In this document: piece after piece, positions 44,405 to 53,979 of the stretch
Layout of the letters: the number at the start of each line of letters is the position of its first letter
Position numbering within the stretch: position 1 is the stretch's first letter
Virus record (IMG/VR): IMGVR_UViG_3300033463_000061
Span: 27,112-91,111 of that record
Strand: one strand, 5' to 3'
DNA from: a virus
Lineage: Duplodnaviria; Caudoviricetes
DNA: 64,000 nt
Notes under the pieces: model-generated
Seen by the model: only the letters and a program-made list of their open reading frames with translations
Database searches by the model: none
Told to the model about the DNA's origin: nothing
Made by a program: the position numbers and the translations under genes

Positions 44405-45415
44405 TTACAGGCGCCTCAACGCGCTGCTGAGCTCGTTCAGGTCCTCTGCCGACTTGGACGCGAGTGCCTCGCCGAGCTTCTTCGGGTCGATTGCGCCTGC
44501 CTCCTTGACGGATTCGGCGAACCCCTCGCCAAGCACGTCGTCGAACACCTCGTCCGGAAGCTCCGCGAGCTTGGACAGGCTGAGAGCGTCTCCACCGATC
44601 TCGATGACGTCGTTCACGATCGCCTCGGCCTGCTTGACGTCCATGTCAAACAGGAAATCCTCTGGGGCGCTCATGTCCTTGCCGTAGCGGCCGCGCCAGT
44701 TCTCGATGACGTCCACGTCCTCCACGAGCTCGGCGATCTTGTCCGTTGCGCCGTCAAGGGCCTCCGCGCCCTTCTCCGCCACGTGTTCGGCCATCTTGGC
44801 GAGCGCGAGCCCGGTGTCCGCGTCGTGGCAGAGCTCCGCCCGAATGGTGAGCTCGTTGATCACGTTGTCAGGACGCGCGACGCCGTGGCCGGCCGTCTTG
44901 CGGATCCCGTCCGGGACGTCGACGCCGAACTCAGACGCCTTCTTGAGGATGTTCTTCGCGATCTCGTTGCGCATCGGGAACGGGTACTTGAACTTGTTGT
45001 CCTCGAAGTACTCTGCCGCGAGCTTGACGCCATGTGCGTCAAACATCGGATACTTCCGCTCGCCGTTCCTTACCCAGCCGTAGTCGTCGTCGGAAGCCGT
45101 CTTGACCTCTTCCGTGTGCGTGAGCACCTTCGCGATGTCGTCGGCTATGCCGAACATCTCGGCGGCCTTCTGCAGGTTGTACTCCACGTCAGCGCGGGTA
45201 TAGCGGTAGTCCTCGTCGGACGCGTGCTTCGCGAAATACCGGGCGGACGCCCATGTTTCCTCGCGGCTGTTGCACGGGAGCTCCTGCCGCGCTGCGTCGG
45301 CGTAGAACGCGCGGCGTGACACCGCCGGCGACTCCTCGGGGAAGCTCGCGGACTTGACGTATGCGGGTGCGCCCTCGTCGGACGTGCATGATCTCCATTC
45401 GCTGTAATCTACCAT
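44405..45415 (-). CDS. KxA-rich putative head/scaffold-associated protein with two DUF6582-like repeats
   Basis: LPC..EETWASARYF..LQKAAEMFGI and YPM..HGVKLAAEYF..ILKKASEFGV. Confidence 0.7.
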   Translation of the reverse strand: MVDYSEWRSCTSDEGAPAYVKSASFPEESPAVSRRAFYADAARQELPCNSREETWASARYFAKHASDEDYRYTRADVEYNLQKAAEMFGIADDIAKVLTHTEEVKTASDDDYGWVRNGERKYPMFDAHGVKLAAEYFEDNKFKYPFPMRNEIAKNILKKASEFGVDVPDGIRKTAGHGVARPDNVINELTIRAELCHDADTGLALAKMAEHVAEKGAEALDGATDKIAELVEDVDVIENWRGRYGKDMSAPEDFLFDMDVKQAEAIVNDVIEIGGDALSLSKLAELPDEVFDDVLGEGFAESVKEAGAIDPKKLGEALASKSAEDLNELSSALRRL

Positions 45416-45434
45416 AGAATACTCCCTGCGTGGG

Positions 45435-45487
45435 TTTACACTTTTCCCAGACAGTGGTATAATACCACTTGTTTGCGGAAACTGCAA
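45435..45487. promoter_or_regulatory. Overlapping divergent promoters sharing a palindromic -10
   Basis: + TTTACA-N17-TATAAT; - TTGCAG-N17-TATTAT; palindrome AGTGGTAT-A-ATACCACT at 45453-45469. Confidence 0.7.
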
Positions 45488-45498
45488 GTAGGTCAGAC

Positions 45499-48267
45499 AT
45501 GAAATTCTTATGGAGAGACACGCTCCGCCGGGTGGCCGGCGGTGAAACAAGGTGCCCATCATGCCGGGCAGACTGCCTAATCGTCGTCGAGCGGGACGAA
45601 CGAGACGTCCTGCCGGACATTCGCGGAATCCCGTGGTGCGAGTGCCCGGCATGCCGCGCCAGGGGCGACTTCCCGGCCCTCGTAGCGCACGCGGAGCACC
45701 GCGGCGTCGAAGAGGAGGTGCGCGAGCTTCTCAGGATAGGCGAGCTCGAGGCGTCGGCACGCGACGTCGACGCGTACGCGGCAAGGGCGAAGACCCAGGC
45801 CGACGTCGACGCATACCTGGCGGCCTGCGTCGAAAGGCTCAGGAAGGCGCCGCACATGTGCAACATTCGCGCGGGACTTTCGGTCTCTTCGCTGCGACAG
45901 CTGCCCCCCGACACGGGACTGCACGTCGGGGGCGGGCAGCAGGACGTACCGCTGCCGCGCCCGTTCGCGCTGCTGTCGGCGCCGCGCTACTCGCGCGTGC
46001 CGATGACGCTCTACCGCTACAGGTTTGACGGCGAGACGACCTGCGTAGACGCGCAGAACCCGAAGACGCTCCAGTGCGAGCACCGCCTCCGGGTGACGTC
46101 GGGCCCGTCCGACGTCGGGGTGTTCCTCGGGGACTACAGGGTCGGCGAGGTACCCGGCGTCTTGCTCGTAACGCACGACCCGCGCGCCGCCGGCCAGCTG
46201 TTCGGGGCGGCCAGGGCCGAGAGCTCCCTGACCCCGCCGGTAGCCGCTGTCGCCGGCTTTCCGCTTCCGAACCGGTTCTCGGCCGTCAATACGATCTACC
46301 TGCTTGACGCGCTGGACTCCCCCCTGCCCCTCTCGTTCGCGATACAGGCGATGCGCGACCCGATCGTGTACGGGTCAGACGAATGCCCGACCATCCGGGT
46401 CCTGTCGCCCAAGTGCACCGTGTCCGAGATCCGCGCCGAGGACATCCGCAAGCTCGCGGGAGTCACGCCGCGCGGGAAGGCCCTGCGCCCGTGGGTCGCC
46501 GAACGCGTGCTCAGCCTCGTCGACTGCCAGGAGGAGGTTGCGAACGCGCTCCTGCAGGCGAACGCGTCCGAAAACATGCGTGCCGAAGTCGCGACGATGC
46601 TCGGACCGACCGCCCCGCAGTCGCTGCGCGACACGGTGCTCATGCCGACCGCGGAGCCGGACGACATATTCCAGCTTGCGAACGGCAGGCTCGTCAAGAA
46701 CACGCCGGTCGGGCTCTATACCGCAAGCAGAAGCGCCAAGACAGGCATGATAGCGACCAAGACGCTCCTCTGCAACGTGGGGATCACCGTGGAGTCCCGC
46801 ATCACGGACAGAGGGCTCGAGACGGCGGTATGCACGGTGTCGCATCCGGACTCCGACGTCCCGTCGGTGCAGGTCCGCGTGCCCAAGTCCCACTGGAACA
46901 ACCCGGACGCGATGGCCGACGACGTGCGCGCCGCATACGCGGAGAACGGCCGGACGCCGTATGTCGCGTTCTACAGGTCAAGCGGATACGCCTGGTCTGA
47001 CATCATGCAGTACCTGGGGTCGCGCTGCCCGGTCCAGAACGGGCTCAGGTCCCTCGGCGCCACCCCCGACGGCACGATCAACCTGCCGAACGCGGCGATA
47101 GTGCGCGGGTCCGTGCTGCCACAGACGAAAGCCGGTCTTGTCGACCCCGGGGCTATGGCCGCCTACTCGGCCCTCGAGTGCAAGGCGGACGACGACAGGG
47201 CGCTGCTCTCGTCGTTCCTAATGTCGCCAGCATCCCTCGACAAGGTAGGCGTGGCGGCAGGGCTCCTCCACGCGCTGTTCTGCACCGCCGGGAAGCTGTT
47301 CGACACGAGCGGGGCGCGACGTCCGCCGGCCCACCTCCTGTTCGTCGAAACAGAGCCCGGCGTGTGGGACCGGGCGCTCAGGACGCTTGCGTACCTGTTC
47401 TCCGGCTCCGAATACGTGCCCCTCGTCGACTACGCAGACCGCCTGGGGTTCCTGCACAGCTGGTCTGCCCTCGGGACGCTTCCGCTCGTGACCAGGCTGC
47501 CGGCGGCGGACGACACGGCGGCCGTCCTCGCGGCCTCCCCCGTCAGCGTCATCGCGATCGCGGACCCGCTGACGGCGCTCGCCTGCAGCGGCCGCGGCAC
47601 TGTCTCGTTCGTCCTCCCGAACGTCGAGACGGCCCACGACGGCCAGTCCGTGACTCCGACCGACGTGGAGGAGCTCCGCCGGGCGTTCGTGTCTGTCGCG
47701 GCCGCGCATGCCGGGACAGGGTGGCTCGACGTCTCGGCCGGCGGGCCCGTTGCGATGTCAACCCCGTGCCTCTCCGCGCTGGGGTCGCTCTCCGACGAAA
47801 CGGGGGCTACGACGACCGCTGGCGGACTGTACCGCTCTGTGCGCGGGCGCTACCTCGGGGCGGGGCTGACCGGAGCAAGGGCGTTCTTCTCCGTGCTGCA
47901 CATGGCGTACATGGCCAGCATCCGCGGCGAAGACCCGGGCGCAGGCGTCAGGCTGACGATAGTCCCCGGGACGCCAGCCGACTCCCTCAGGGCGAGCTTC
48001 AACGACAGGGGCGAGCACGTGTTCGTACTCCCGGACATGGCCCTCGTGAGCCGGTCCGTGGTACAGCTGGTCAACCGGCAGCAGGCATACCTTTTTGATG
48101 CAGAGCAGCTCTCCCGCGAGTTCGCAGAAAATGGTATACTATTAGCGGACGCCCCCGGGTCACTGGGGATAGACCCGTCCCGCGTGTGGGCGTTCCCGCG
48201 CGCGACCTGGGATGCCGAAGTCGTACGGGCCACGGGGTTCACACAAAGAAAGAAGGAGTCTAAGTAG
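45499..48267 (+). CDS. Large hypothetical protein, possibly a degenerate primase-helicase (N-terminal Zn finger)
   Basis: CPSC...CECPAC; no intact TOPRIM EGxxD or Walker A seen. Confidence 0.7.
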   Translation: MKFLWRDTLRRVAGGETRCPSCRADCLIVVERDERDVLPDIRGIPWCECPACRARGDFPALVAHAEHRGVEEEVRELLRIGELEASARDVDAYAARAKTQADVDAYLAACVERLRKAPHMCNIRAGLSVSSLRQLPPDTGLHVGGGQQDVPLPRPFALLSAPRYSRVPMTLYRYRFDGETTCVDAQNPKTLQCEHRLRVTSGPSDVGVFLGDYRVGEVPGVLLVTHDPRAAGQLFGAARAESSLTPPVAAVAGFPLPNRFSAVNTIYLLDALDSPLPLSFAIQAMRDPIVYGSDECPTIRVLSPKCTVSEIRAEDIRKLAGVTPRGKALRPWVAERVLSLVDCQEEVANALLQANASENMRAEVATMLGPTAPQSLRDTVLMPTAEPDDIFQLANGRLVKNTPVGLYTASRSAKTGMIATKTLLCNVGITVESRITDRGLETAVCTVSHPDSDVPSVQVRVPKSHWNNPDAMADDVRAAYAENGRTPYVAFYRSSGYAWSDIMQYLGSRCPVQNGLRSLGATPDGTINLPNAAIVRGSVLPQTKAGLVDPGAMAAYSALECKADDDRALLSSFLMSPASLDKVGVAAGLLHALFCTAGKLFDTSGARRPPAHLLFVETEPGVWDRALRTLAYLFSGSEYVPLVDYADRLGFLHSWSALGTLPLVTRLPAADDTAAVLAASPVSVIAIADPLTALACSGRGTVSFVLPNVETAHDGQSVTPTDVEELRRAFVSVAAAHAGTGWLDVSAGGPVAMSTPCLSALGSLSDETGATTTAGGLYRSVRGRYLGAGLTGARAFFSVLHMAYMASIRGEDPGAGVRLTIVPGTPADSLRASFNDRGEHVFVLPDMALVSRSVVQLVNRQQAYLFDAEQLSREFAENGILLADAPGSLGIDPSRVWAFPRATWDAEVVRATGFTQRKKESK

Positions 48268-48603
48268 ATGAGCGACGAAAAGAAGCAGAAGGTGGTCAGA
48301 CTGCTCGCAGAGCAGGAGATCAAGGACAGCATGGCCGATGCAAGGTTCTACGAGCAGATGCCGGAGTTCCTGCCGCTTCGCATGAAGATGAAGGCCATGC
48401 ACGACGACCTCGTGACCCCGCACGGCTGCTCGACCTGCGCGAAAAACCGCGTGTACCGCAGCCTGGGAGGGGACTACCTCCGCATCGTCGAGGGCCTGAA
48501 GGACGAGGCAAGGGAGCGCCTGCGCCTCTACTTCGGCGCGGACGAGCTGCGTGCGACCGTGCTCGACGCCGTCACGCGCCAGCCCAAGACCATCAGCGTC
48601 TGA
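48268..48603 (+). CDS. Small protein with a GCSTC motif
   Basis: AAGGAG RBS; directly follows the previous stop. Confidence 0.7.
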   Translation: MSDEKKQKVVRLLAEQEIKDSMADARFYEQMPEFLPLRMKMKAMHDDLVTPHGCSTCAKNRVYRSLGGDYLRIVEGLKDEARERLRLYFGADELRATVLDAVTRQPKTISV

Positions 48604-48633
48604 CCAGGAACCACAAGCCACAAGGAGGAACAC

Positions 48634-49638
48634 ATGGAACGCGAAATAGCAGACAACGAGAGGATCCCGATGCTCGAGCCGTTCACGGTGAAGAAGACCG
48701 TGTCTGCGCTGTCCGAGACCGAGGACTACAACCACCGCATGCTCAACATCCCCGAGATGTGGAAGCGCAGCAAGGGGGCGGGCGTGAAGGTGGCCGTGCT
48801 CGACACCGGATGCCCGCAGCACCTCGACCTCAAGGTCGCGGGCTTCAAGGACTTCTCCGACTCCCCTACGCCGTACGACGTCGCCTGCGGCCACTCGACG
48901 CACGTCTGCGGAATCATCGCGGCGCTCGCAAACGGAATCGGCGTCCGCGGCATCGCGCCGGACTGCGAGCTGTACTGCGGCAAGGTCCTGAACGACGAGG
49001 GCGGCGGCACGATCTCCTCGATCGCCGACGGCATCCGCTGGGCCGTCGACGAGGTCGGGGCTGACGTGATCAACATGAGCCTCGGCTGCCCTCCCTCCGG
49101 GGCGTGGAGCCCCACGCTCAGAAGCGCGTGCAGCTACGCGCACAAAAAGGGCGTAGTGCTCTGCTGCGCGGCCGGAAACGACGCAGGCGCGGTCAACGCC
49201 CCGGCGAACCTCGACACGACGATAGCCGTCGCCGCGGTCGACCGCGACAAGGACGTCGCGTACTTCACCTGCCACGGCTCGGAGGTGGACTTCGCGGCCG
49301 GCGGCGTGGACGTCTTCTCCACCTGGCTCGACAACCAGTACGCGAAGCTCTCCGGCACCTCGATGGCGACGCCTGTCATCACCGGCGCGGTCGCGCTCGT
49401 GATCGGCGCCGCGAAAGCCGAGGGCGTAAAGCTCACGCCCGACCAGGTCTACCAGAAGCTCGTCGGCATATCGGTCGACGTCGACAAGCCCGGCAAGGAC
49501 GAGTACACCGGCAACGGCATACCCGTCTTCACCTCACAGTACGAGCCGGAGCCCGAGGAAAAGCCCGAGCCCGCCAAGGGCGACAGCTGGTGGGTGTCGC
49601 TGCTGAAGTGGGTGGCAGGGCTGTTCCGCAAGTCGTAA
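48634..49638 (+). CDS. S8 subtilisin-family serine protease
   Basis: AVLDTG, HSTHVCG, AAGN, SGTSMATP catalytic motifs. Confidence 0.95.
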   Translation: MEREIADNERIPMLEPFTVKKTVSALSETEDYNHRMLNIPEMWKRSKGAGVKVAVLDTGCPQHLDLKVAGFKDFSDSPTPYDVACGHSTHVCGIIAALANGIGVRGIAPDCELYCGKVLNDEGGGTISSIADGIRWAVDEVGADVINMSLGCPPSGAWSPTLRSACSYAHKKGVVLCCAAGNDAGAVNAPANLDTTIAVAAVDRDKDVAYFTCHGSEVDFAAGGVDVFSTWLDNQYAKLSGTSMATPVITGAVALVIGAAKAEGVKLTPDQVYQKLVGISVDVDKPGKDEYTGNGIPVFTSQYEPEPEEKPEPAKGDSWWVSLLKWVAGLFRKS

Positions 49639-49653
49639 GACAGGAGGCCCCGC

Positions 49654-50616
49654 ATGGCTGCCGTTGAAAACATAGAGTGGCTCAACCAGAACCTGCTCCG
49701 TGCGTACCCGCTCCGGGAGGATGCGGACTTAACCCCCAACCTCCCCAGCGGCGCAAAGGCAGACGGGCTACGCCTGCCGACCTGCCTCGTCACGGACTTC
49801 TCATTCACGCTCGCGTTCGACGCCGTGAACGGCACAGTCCCGTCGCTCACCGGCCTGTCGCACTCGAGCGACGGGTTCTCGGTGGAGATATCGCTCGGCA
49901 GCACGGTGTTGACGTCGGCGGCCGCGAAGATATCAGAGCACACGATCAACCAGGCGTACAGGCTCGTCGGACAGGGCGACAACGCCGACTGCGGCGGGTG
50001 GATCGTGCTCGGAGACCTCGTACGCGCCGCCGCGGAGCTGCCGGAGGGCGTATACCGCTTCGCGCCGAACCAGGTGCCGTTCGAGGTCTCTACGCTCAGG
50101 ATGGCGCCGCGCGGCGTCAGGAGCATAACGGCTGTCGGAAAGTACGGGCTGAAGACCTATGCCCCGCTGTACGGCAACGTCCGCATCATCGCAGGCTCGG
50201 ACATGACTGTGCGGAACGTCGAGGGCGACAACGCCATCTGGCTGCAGGCCGAGTCCAAGACCGGCTACGAGCGCACGGAGCCCTGTGACTGCGGAACCGG
50301 GTCGACCAGAAGCGTCAAGCGCATCAACGGCATGGACGTCGACGAGGTCACAATAGTCGGAGACGGGACATGCGTATCCGTCGTAGACGACACGAGCAAC
50401 AACGTCGTGAAGATCTCCGACAAGTGCTCGACGCCGTGCTGCGGATGCGCAGAGCTCAACTTCGTCGAATCCGCGATCGCGACGATCAACAAGTCACTAG
50501 AGACCCTAAACAACTACGCCGAGAACCTCCGCACCAGGATCGCGGAGCTCAAGTCGAACGAAGCCGCCACGGCGGCCGCAGTCGCCGCATACCCGGGCGT
50601 AGCATCACCGTCATGA
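49654..50616 (+). CDS. Putative virion protein, 'N..R.YP' paralog 1
   Basis: EWLNQNLLRAYPL; VKRING; PCCGC; C-terminal coiled coil. Confidence 0.75.
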   Translation: MAAVENIEWLNQNLLRAYPLREDADLTPNLPSGAKADGLRLPTCLVTDFSFTLAFDAVNGTVPSLTGLSHSSDGFSVEISLGSTVLTSAAAKISEHTINQAYRLVGQGDNADCGGWIVLGDLVRAAAELPEGVYRFAPNQVPFEVSTLRMAPRGVRSITAVGKYGLKTYAPLYGNVRIIAGSDMTVRNVEGDNAIWLQAESKTGYERTEPCDCGTGSTRSVKRINGMDVDEVTIVGDGTCVSVVDDTSNNVVKISDKCSTPCCGCAELNFVESAIATINKSLETLNNYAENLRTRIAELKSNEAATAAAVAAYPGVASPS

Positions 50617-51986
50617 CAGAGTTCCTAACAGAAAACGCAAGACGAGCCTACCCGCTCGACGGGGAGTGGCCTGCCGCCTCCCGCGGCAGGTGGACCGGCG
50701 TCCTGGTCGACGCCTGCGTCTACACGTCGGCCGAGCTGGCGCCCGGGGAGCGGGTGATGCTGCTCTACGTCCGCCGCTACCAGTCCTCGCTCTACTTCGT
50801 GTTCGGGACGCAGTCGAACTCCATCACAGTCCGCGTCAACCCCGGGCTGAGCGGGTTCGCGACGGTGTACTCGCAGTCGGCGGCGATCAAGGCCGTGATT
50901 ACCGTCGACGCCGCCAAGGTCGACGCCCTTGCGCTCGACAGCACGTACCCGACGTCCCGGATCGACGTGAACGTTCCGCTGGCCCTGCGCTGCTCCGGAG
51001 GCGGCACGAAGATGGTCACCTCGATTACCGCCCAGGGCGCAGCCGAAGGCACCACGCCGATGTACAGCCCGGACGACGCCGGCAGGGTCGAGAAGACGGT
51101 CGGCCCCGGAGAGCACGCCGTCCTGAAGGCCGGCGACGGCGTAGACCTGGAGGTGGCCGGGATGGCCCCGCTCACGGGGAACGTCCTCCGGGTCTCGGCG
51201 ATAGCAGCCCCGGAGCCGACTGACCGCGACGAGGACCCCGTCGACATAATGATCCGCGGAGACGACTGCTTCACTGTCGAGGCTATCCCCGGCGCGAAGG
51301 TGTCCGGCGGAGCCGTGGTGGCGCGTACCGCGTCAGACCCCAGCGGCGGGGTCATAAGGATAGGAAGCGCGTGCAAGCCGTGCTGCCAGTGCGAAGACTA
51401 CAAAGACGCGGTAGACCTGCTCAGGCCGGCGGAGACAGACGCGCTGCTCATCAGCGGGAAGCTGGACGAGGTCAAGAGTGCGTACGACTCCGCACTTGCC
51501 GTCTTCGCCGCCGCAAAGGCGGCGTACCTCGCGCAGGTCAACCACGTAGACAACGTGAGGGCCAGCGCTACTGCGGCCCTTAGCGGAGGCGGCCAGGCGG
51601 GGACTGACGGCGTGCTGTACAACCAGTCGACGGCCGAAGGCACCCGCATGCGCATAGCGATAACCCTCCTCGTGACAAACATGACCCTGAAGAACGCAAC
51701 TGTCGCCGTCGGGGCGGACGCCGCCAACTCAGGGTTCTTCGTCGACGGGTACTCGCACCTGAAGACAACGTGGACGAAGTCCGGCGACACCCGCGAGAAC
51801 GGATCGCTCAGGCCGGTGTCGAAGACGCTGAAACCCGGCGAGTCCCTGACGGTCGTGGCGACGTACGTCAAAGCCGAGTCTACGTCAAACAACGCACAAA
51901 GGCCGGCAGCGCAGATGATGGCCTACTGCACTGTCCTCCTGGCCGGGCAGACTACGCCAACGAGGAAGGACATAGCCGTAAAATGA
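50613..51986 (+). CDS. Putative virion protein, paralog 2
   Basis: EFLTENARRAYPL; PCCQC; ATGA overlap. Confidence 0.75.
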   Translation: MTEFLTENARRAYPLDGEWPAASRGRWTGVLVDACVYTSAELAPGERVMLLYVRRYQSSLYFVFGTQSNSITVRVNPGLSGFATVYSQSAAIKAVITVDAAKVDALALDSTYPTSRIDVNVPLALRCSGGGTKMVTSITAQGAAEGTTPMYSPDDAGRVEKTVGPGEHAVLKAGDGVDLEVAGMAPLTGNVLRVSAIAAPEPTDRDEDPVDIMIRGDDCFTVEAIPGAKVSGGAVVARTASDPSGGVIRIGSACKPCCQCEDYKDAVDLLRPAETDALLISGKLDEVKSAYDSALAVFAAAKAAYLAQVNHVDNVRASATAALSGGGQAGTDGVLYNQSTAEGTRMRIAITLLVTNMTLKNATVAVGADAANSGFFVDGYSHLKTTWTKSGDTRENGSLRPVSKTLKPGESLTVVATYVKAESTSNNAQRPAAQMMAYCTVLLAGQTTPTRKDIAVK

Positions 51987-52672
51987 TATCGCCGACGAAC
52001 ACCCTCTCGCCGGAGTGGCAGAACGAGAATGCGCTCAGGGCGTATCCCATAGCGGACGACTCCCCGGCCGCAAGTACGGTCCCGACGTGGCTCCTCACCG
52101 ACCTCAGAGTCACATGCCCGCCCGGATACGCCAAGGTATACATCAGCAGTGTCTATGTCTCCGACACGCTCGTTTCAGTAGCCATCAGCGGCATGGCGGG
52201 CGGCACAGTGGTCGGACTCCTCTCGCGCACGGTAACGCGCGACGAGCTCGAGCCGTTCCGCGCCTACTCGATGGACCGCCTGTCCGCCGAAGCGTCCGGA
52301 ACAGTCGCGTTTGGCGAAATCCCGGCCGACGCCACCCCGTTCCGCATGACATTCTCGGCAGACGAGGCACCCATAGCGGGAGCGGCGATAGTCCGTGCAA
52401 GCGTACCCGGAGTGTCAAGGCTCACGGACAGAAGCCACGGCGTGTCCGCGGCCGGGATAATAGACCTGTCCGGCAACAACGAGTTCAGGACGTCCGTCGA
52501 TGCGGCCGACCCGCAGACGATCGTATTCACCCTGTCTGACGTCTACCGCGACATAGCCACGTCGGTGTGCGACGCGACGCCGTCCAAAGACGCCTGCGGG
52601 GAGACCCCGGTGCGGTCGATAAACGGCGTGACGCCAGACGAGAACGGCACAATAACGCTGAGGTTCAGGTAA
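51983..52672 (+). CDS. Putative virion protein, paralog 3
   Basis: EWQNENALRAYPI; VRSINGVTPDENG. Confidence 0.75.
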   Translation: MISPTNTLSPEWQNENALRAYPIADDSPAASTVPTWLLTDLRVTCPPGYAKVYISSVYVSDTLVSVAISGMAGGTVVGLLSRTVTRDELEPFRAYSMDRLSAEASGTVAFGEIPADATPFRMTFSADEAPIAGAAIVRASVPGVSRLTDRSHGVSAAGIIDLSGNNEFRTSVDAADPQTIVFTLSDVYRDIATSVCDATPSKDACGETPVRSINGVTPDENGTITLRFR

Positions 52673-53979
52673 TGGCTATCTTCAACCAACCAAGGGCGCA
52701 GGAGCGCGACAACCAGAACGCACTGAGGAAGTTCCCGTTCTCGGACGCGGCGTCGTGCACAAACGGGGCGTGCGTAATCTGCCCGGGCGCCGTGATAGAC
52801 GCGCAGCTCTACGTACCGGGCAGAGAGCCCGGCAGCGTCTGGCTGTCGTCCGTAGGGACGGACGGGAAGCTGCGCTTCTCGGACAAGGCGGGCGAGTTCG
52901 CCGAGACCTCGGCCCCCGCAACGCCGGACACGGCGGTACCGGTGGTATTCACGGGAGACGGCGGCCCGTGCCCTGGCGGCGTCGTGGTCTTCGGCCGTGC
53001 GTCAGACGTGGCGGCGCTGCGCTCGTGCGGCGGCCAGGCGTTCACGCAGGACCAGACAGAGCTCACCCCCGCGGCAGTAGCCTGGCCGGGGCTGCCGGGC
53101 GTCAGCGGGTTTCTGCTCGACGACGGGCATGTTGTCTACGGAAACGTCAAAATGCGCGGAGAGAACGGATGCGTCGTCGCGACATACAAACGGGACGGCG
53201 TAAGCTACCTGCGCATCTCGGCCGTCGGCAGCACCGTCGAGGCCAGCAACGCAACCGGCTTCGTCACGCGCGTGGTCGCAGAGAGCGACAACCGCCACTT
53301 CGTGGTGTCCAAGAACGACGTATCCGGAAAGGTCCTGTCGATCACAGCCACCGGCTCCGAGATGACGCAGGACGACGGACTCGTAGCAGACAGGGACGAC
53401 CTGTGCACGGCCGTGCGCAAGACGCTCGGCACAAAACCGTCCGATCGCGCCGCCGGGGGAGGAGGGGAATGCGTATGCGCGTCAGGCGTAGTGTCCCGGA
53501 CAATAACGCTGAAGAACGGGACGACAACCATCGGCACCGTGCCGGTTCTCCAGGGAGGTGAGCTCGGTACCGTCACTCCGCCTACCTCGTCTGGCCAGAA
53601 CTTCGTGGGCTACTTTGACGTAAACGGCGCAACCGGCGGCAGGCGGTACTACAGATCCGACGGCAAGGGTGTGGGCAGGTACACCGTGAACGGGAACATC
53701 ACGCTCTACGCCAGGTTCGTCGGCGCGCACTCGGAAGAGGAAGTGACGTTCAACGAATACGGGACGCTGCACCTGTCGGCCCCCGACACGGCGGACTACG
53801 CAAACCCGATACAAATATCGGGACGCGACAGCCCGGTACCTGCCGTCAAGGAGGTATCGGCCGACGCACTGCTGCAAGGAGGGGCAGACGCCCTCGCGGA
53901 CATCGTGCTGCACCCGTCGGTTCCGTCTGGCGAAGTGCACATAGGGCTCAGAGGGCTCGGAAAGGCCTCAATGCTATGA
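52672..53979 (+). CDS. Putative virion protein, paralog 4 (with an InlB B-repeat-like segment)
   Basis: ERDNQNALRKFPF; PPT..G.NFVGYF...NITLYARF. Confidence 0.75.
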   Translation: MAIFNQPRAQERDNQNALRKFPFSDAASCTNGACVICPGAVIDAQLYVPGREPGSVWLSSVGTDGKLRFSDKAGEFAETSAPATPDTAVPVVFTGDGGPCPGGVVVFGRASDVAALRSCGGQAFTQDQTELTPAAVAWPGLPGVSGFLLDDGHVVYGNVKMRGENGCVVATYKRDGVSYLRISAVGSTVEASNATGFVTRVVAESDNRHFVVSKNDVSGKVLSITATGSEMTQDDGLVADRDDLCTAVRKTLGTKPSDRAAGGGGECVCASGVVSRTITLKNGTTTIGTVPVLQGGELGTVTPPTSSGQNFVGYFDVNGATGGRRYYRSDGKGVGRYTVNGNITLYARFVGAHSEEEVTFNEYGTLHLSAPDTADYANPIQISGRDSPVPAVKEVSADALLQGGADALADIVLHPSVPSGEVHIGLRGLGKASML

